A DNA stretch of 58,687 bases, taken from Mycobacteriales bacterium. GTDB lineage: Bacteria; Actinomycetota; Actinomycetes; Mycobacteriales; QHCA01. Numbering within the stretch: position 1 is the stretch's first letter; each line of letters starts with the position of its first letter. Shown piece after piece: positions 56,803 through 58,687 of the stretch. The notes beneath the pieces were generated by a model. The model made no database searches. It was not told where the DNA came from and worked only from the letters and a program-made list of their open reading frames with translations. Where the stretch lies: the NCBI GenBank assembly GCA_038276285.1, contig JBBPZR010000077.1:1-58687 (forward strand), read 5' to 3'. The position numbers and the translations under genes were made by a program.

Positions 56803-57225
56803 ATGTCGATCGACCCGAGGGGTCCCCGCTTCTCCGCGTGGCTGACCTCACTCATGCTCGCCGCCGTCCTGCTGACCGGCAGCGGCTGGCTATTGCTCGT
56901 CCAAGCCATCGTCTTCGGCGCCGGTGCGATGCTCGGGCTGCGTCGCGCGCCGTACGGCTGGCTTTACCGCAAGCTGCTCGCACCGAGGCTGGGCCCACCG
57001 GTCGAGCTTGAGGCCGAGGCACCGCCGCGCTTCGCCCAGGCGGTCGGCCTCGGCTTTGCCGTCGTCGGCACCGCCGGCTACCTCTCGGGCGCGACGGTGA
57101 TTGGGGTGGTCGCGACCGCCGCCGCACTCGGTGCCGCATTTCTCAACGCCGCCTTCGGCTTCTGCCTGGGCTGCGAGATGTACCTCAGCTACGTACGACT
57201 GACCCGTAAGGGAGTTCCCGCATGA
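56803..57225 (+). CDS. DUF4395 membrane protein
   Basis: IDPRGPRF, PPRFAQ.VG and LNAAFGFCLGC. Confidence 0.9.
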   Translation: MSIDPRGPRFSAWLTSLMLAAVLLTGSGWLLLVQAIVFGAGAMLGLRRAPYGWLYRKLLAPRLGPPVELEAEAPPRFAQAVGLGFAVVGTAGYLSGATVIGVVATAAALGAAFLNAAFGFCLGCEMYLSYVRLTRKGVPA

Positions 57226-58055
57226 GCCGCAACGACGTGTTGGTATCGGCCGACTGGGCCGAGCAAAACCTCGAAACCCCGGGGGTGGCCTTCGTCGAGG
57301 TCGACGAGGACGTCAGCGCCTACGACAAGGGCCATCTTGCCGGGGCGGTCAAGCTCGACTGGAAGAAGGACCTGCAGGACCCGGTCCGCCGCGACTTCGT
57401 GTCCGGAGAGCGCTTCGCCGAGCTGCTCTCGGAGCGCGGTATCTCGAACGATCACACGGTGATCCTCTATGGCGGCAACAACAACTGGTTCGCTGCCTAC
57501 GCCTACTGGTACTTCAAGGTCTACGGCCACGGCGACGTCAAGCTCCTCGACGGCGGCCGCAAGAAGTGGGAGCTCGACTCGCGCCCGCTCGTCCAGGATG
57601 TGCCAAGCCGGCCGGGCACCGCCTACACCGCGGGCCAGCCCGACACCTCCATCCGGGCCTTCCGCGACGAGGCGCTCGCGGCGATCGGCGAGAAGAACCT
57701 CGTCGACGTGCGCTCACCTGACGAGTTCGCGGGCCGCCTGCTGGCGCCGGCGCACCTGCCGCAGGAGCAGTCCCAGGTCGGCGGGCACATCCCCACCGCG
57801 ATCAACGTGCCGTGGTCCAAGGCCGCCAATGAGGACGGCACCTTCCGCTCCGACGACGAGCTTCGCGCGCTGTATGCCGAGGCCGGGCTAGACGATAGCT
57901 TGGAGACGATCGCCTACTGCCGGATCGGCGAGCGCTCCTCGCACACGTGGTTCGTCCTGCGCGAGTTGCTCGGTCACCCGTCGGTGAAGAACTACGACGG
58001 ATCATGGACCGAGTACGGCTCCCTGGTCGGCGTGCCCGTCGAGAAGGACGTCTGA
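57222..58055 (+). CDS. cysA: Thiosulfate sulfurtransferase (tandem rhodanese)
   Basis: EVDED, YGGNNNWFA, YCRIGERSS and YDGSWTEYG. Confidence 0.95.
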   Translation: MSRNDVLVSADWAEQNLETPGVAFVEVDEDVSAYDKGHLAGAVKLDWKKDLQDPVRRDFVSGERFAELLSERGISNDHTVILYGGNNNWFAAYAYWYFKVYGHGDVKLLDGGRKKWELDSRPLVQDVPSRPGTAYTAGQPDTSIRAFRDEALAAIGEKNLVDVRSPDEFAGRLLAPAHLPQEQSQVGGHIPTAINVPWSKAANEDGTFRSDDELRALYAEAGLDDSLETIAYCRIGERSSHTWFVLRELLGHPSVKNYDGSWTEYGSLVGVPVEKDV

Positions 58056-58056
58056 G

Positions 58057-58353
58057 ATGTGCGGCGCGCCCCAGCAGGGTGCCGAGCTGACCGACCTCGG
58101 TACGACGAAGGAAACCGTCATCCAGGGGACCGTCACCTCGGCGGGTGAGCCGGTGCCGTCGGCGTACGTGCGGCTGCTCGACTCCTCGGGTGAGTTCACC
58201 GCCGAGGTGGTGTCGTCGGCGACCGGGCAGTTCCGTTTCTTCGCCGCCCCCGGCGAATGGACGCTGCGTGCACTGTCCACCCGTGGCAACGGCGAGCTGT
58301 CGGTGACCGCCGGCGCTGGGGTGACCGACGCGAGCCTGGCGCTTGCCACCTAG
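58057..58353 (+). CDS. sseC: DUF1416 (SseC-like) protein
   Basis: MCGAP.QG and YVRLLD..GEFTAEV....GQFRFFAAPG.WT. Confidence 0.9.
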   Translation: MCGAPQQGAELTDLGTTKETVIQGTVTSAGEPVPSAYVRLLDSSGEFTAEVVSSATGQFRFFAAPGEWTLRALSTRGNGELSVTAGAGVTDASLALAT

Positions 58354-58687
58354 CCGGTCGGGGCTGGCCGGCGGACTTCTTCCCGCCCGGCTCCTGCCCG
58401 GCTCCGTCCCGGCCGACCGCCTCCTAGCGCGCTGTCCGATTGTTGCGCCACCGGAGCAACATCGACATCGGGAGGTGGGGACCGCTTGTTTGCTCCACCG
58501 ATGCGACAAACCGACATCGCGCAGACAGGGCCCGTGCCGGCAGAGAGGGTTAGTCACCGGTCTCCCCTGTCGGGGAGCGCCCTTCTGGGCTGAAAATGGT
58601 GGTGCGGTCGCCCGTTGACGTCGTGCTTCCTTGGTCCGTTTGAGGCCGTGGGTTAGTCGGGCGCCGGGAGTTGTGCTGTGGGCCGTT

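Noticed and set aside
58354-58687. Short ORF and CCCGGCTCC repeats at the window end
   Set aside because: Low-complexity intergenic sequence with no supportable feature.

Overview
High-GC actinobacterial DNA, identified by mycothiol synthase and mshD-glnR-lmeA-thiX-cysA-sseC synteny. It has four zones. (1) About 1-13.5 kb is an IS-scarred accessory region: nested ISL3/IS630 ends, a broken oxidoreductase/DUF4386/TetR unit with four operator palindromes, a membrane methyltransferase/GT-C envelope operon, a decayed DDE transposase, and an intact coupled three-gene cassette (TIGR04255-like + Xre-HTH + divergent MazF/PemK-like protein) with its own operator-like array. That cassette is the best candidate for an undescribed toxin-antitoxin-accessory or defence system. 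(2) About 13.5-30.5 kb holds signalling and secreted-protein genes: a small secreted repeat peptide in front of a membrane GAF-GGDEF-EAL protein, a DEAD-box helicase, a methyltransferase / hydrolase-glycosyltransferase fusion / SARP-ATPase cluster, and an ECF sigma/anti-sigma pair. (3) About 30.5-50 kb is a partly decayed general-stress island with repeated GTTT-N15-GGG(T/C)A promoters, an 8-domain sortase-anchored chaplin-like protein, an NRAMP-like operon with a mini-ORF relay, and split LigD. (4) About 50-58.7 kb is core genome: ppk2, DUF47, pit, mshD, glnR, lmeA, thioredoxin, a Cys-rich leader peptide and sulfurtransferase genes. No rRNA, tRNA or CRISPR array was seen. All family calls come from motif recognition by eye; no searches were run.
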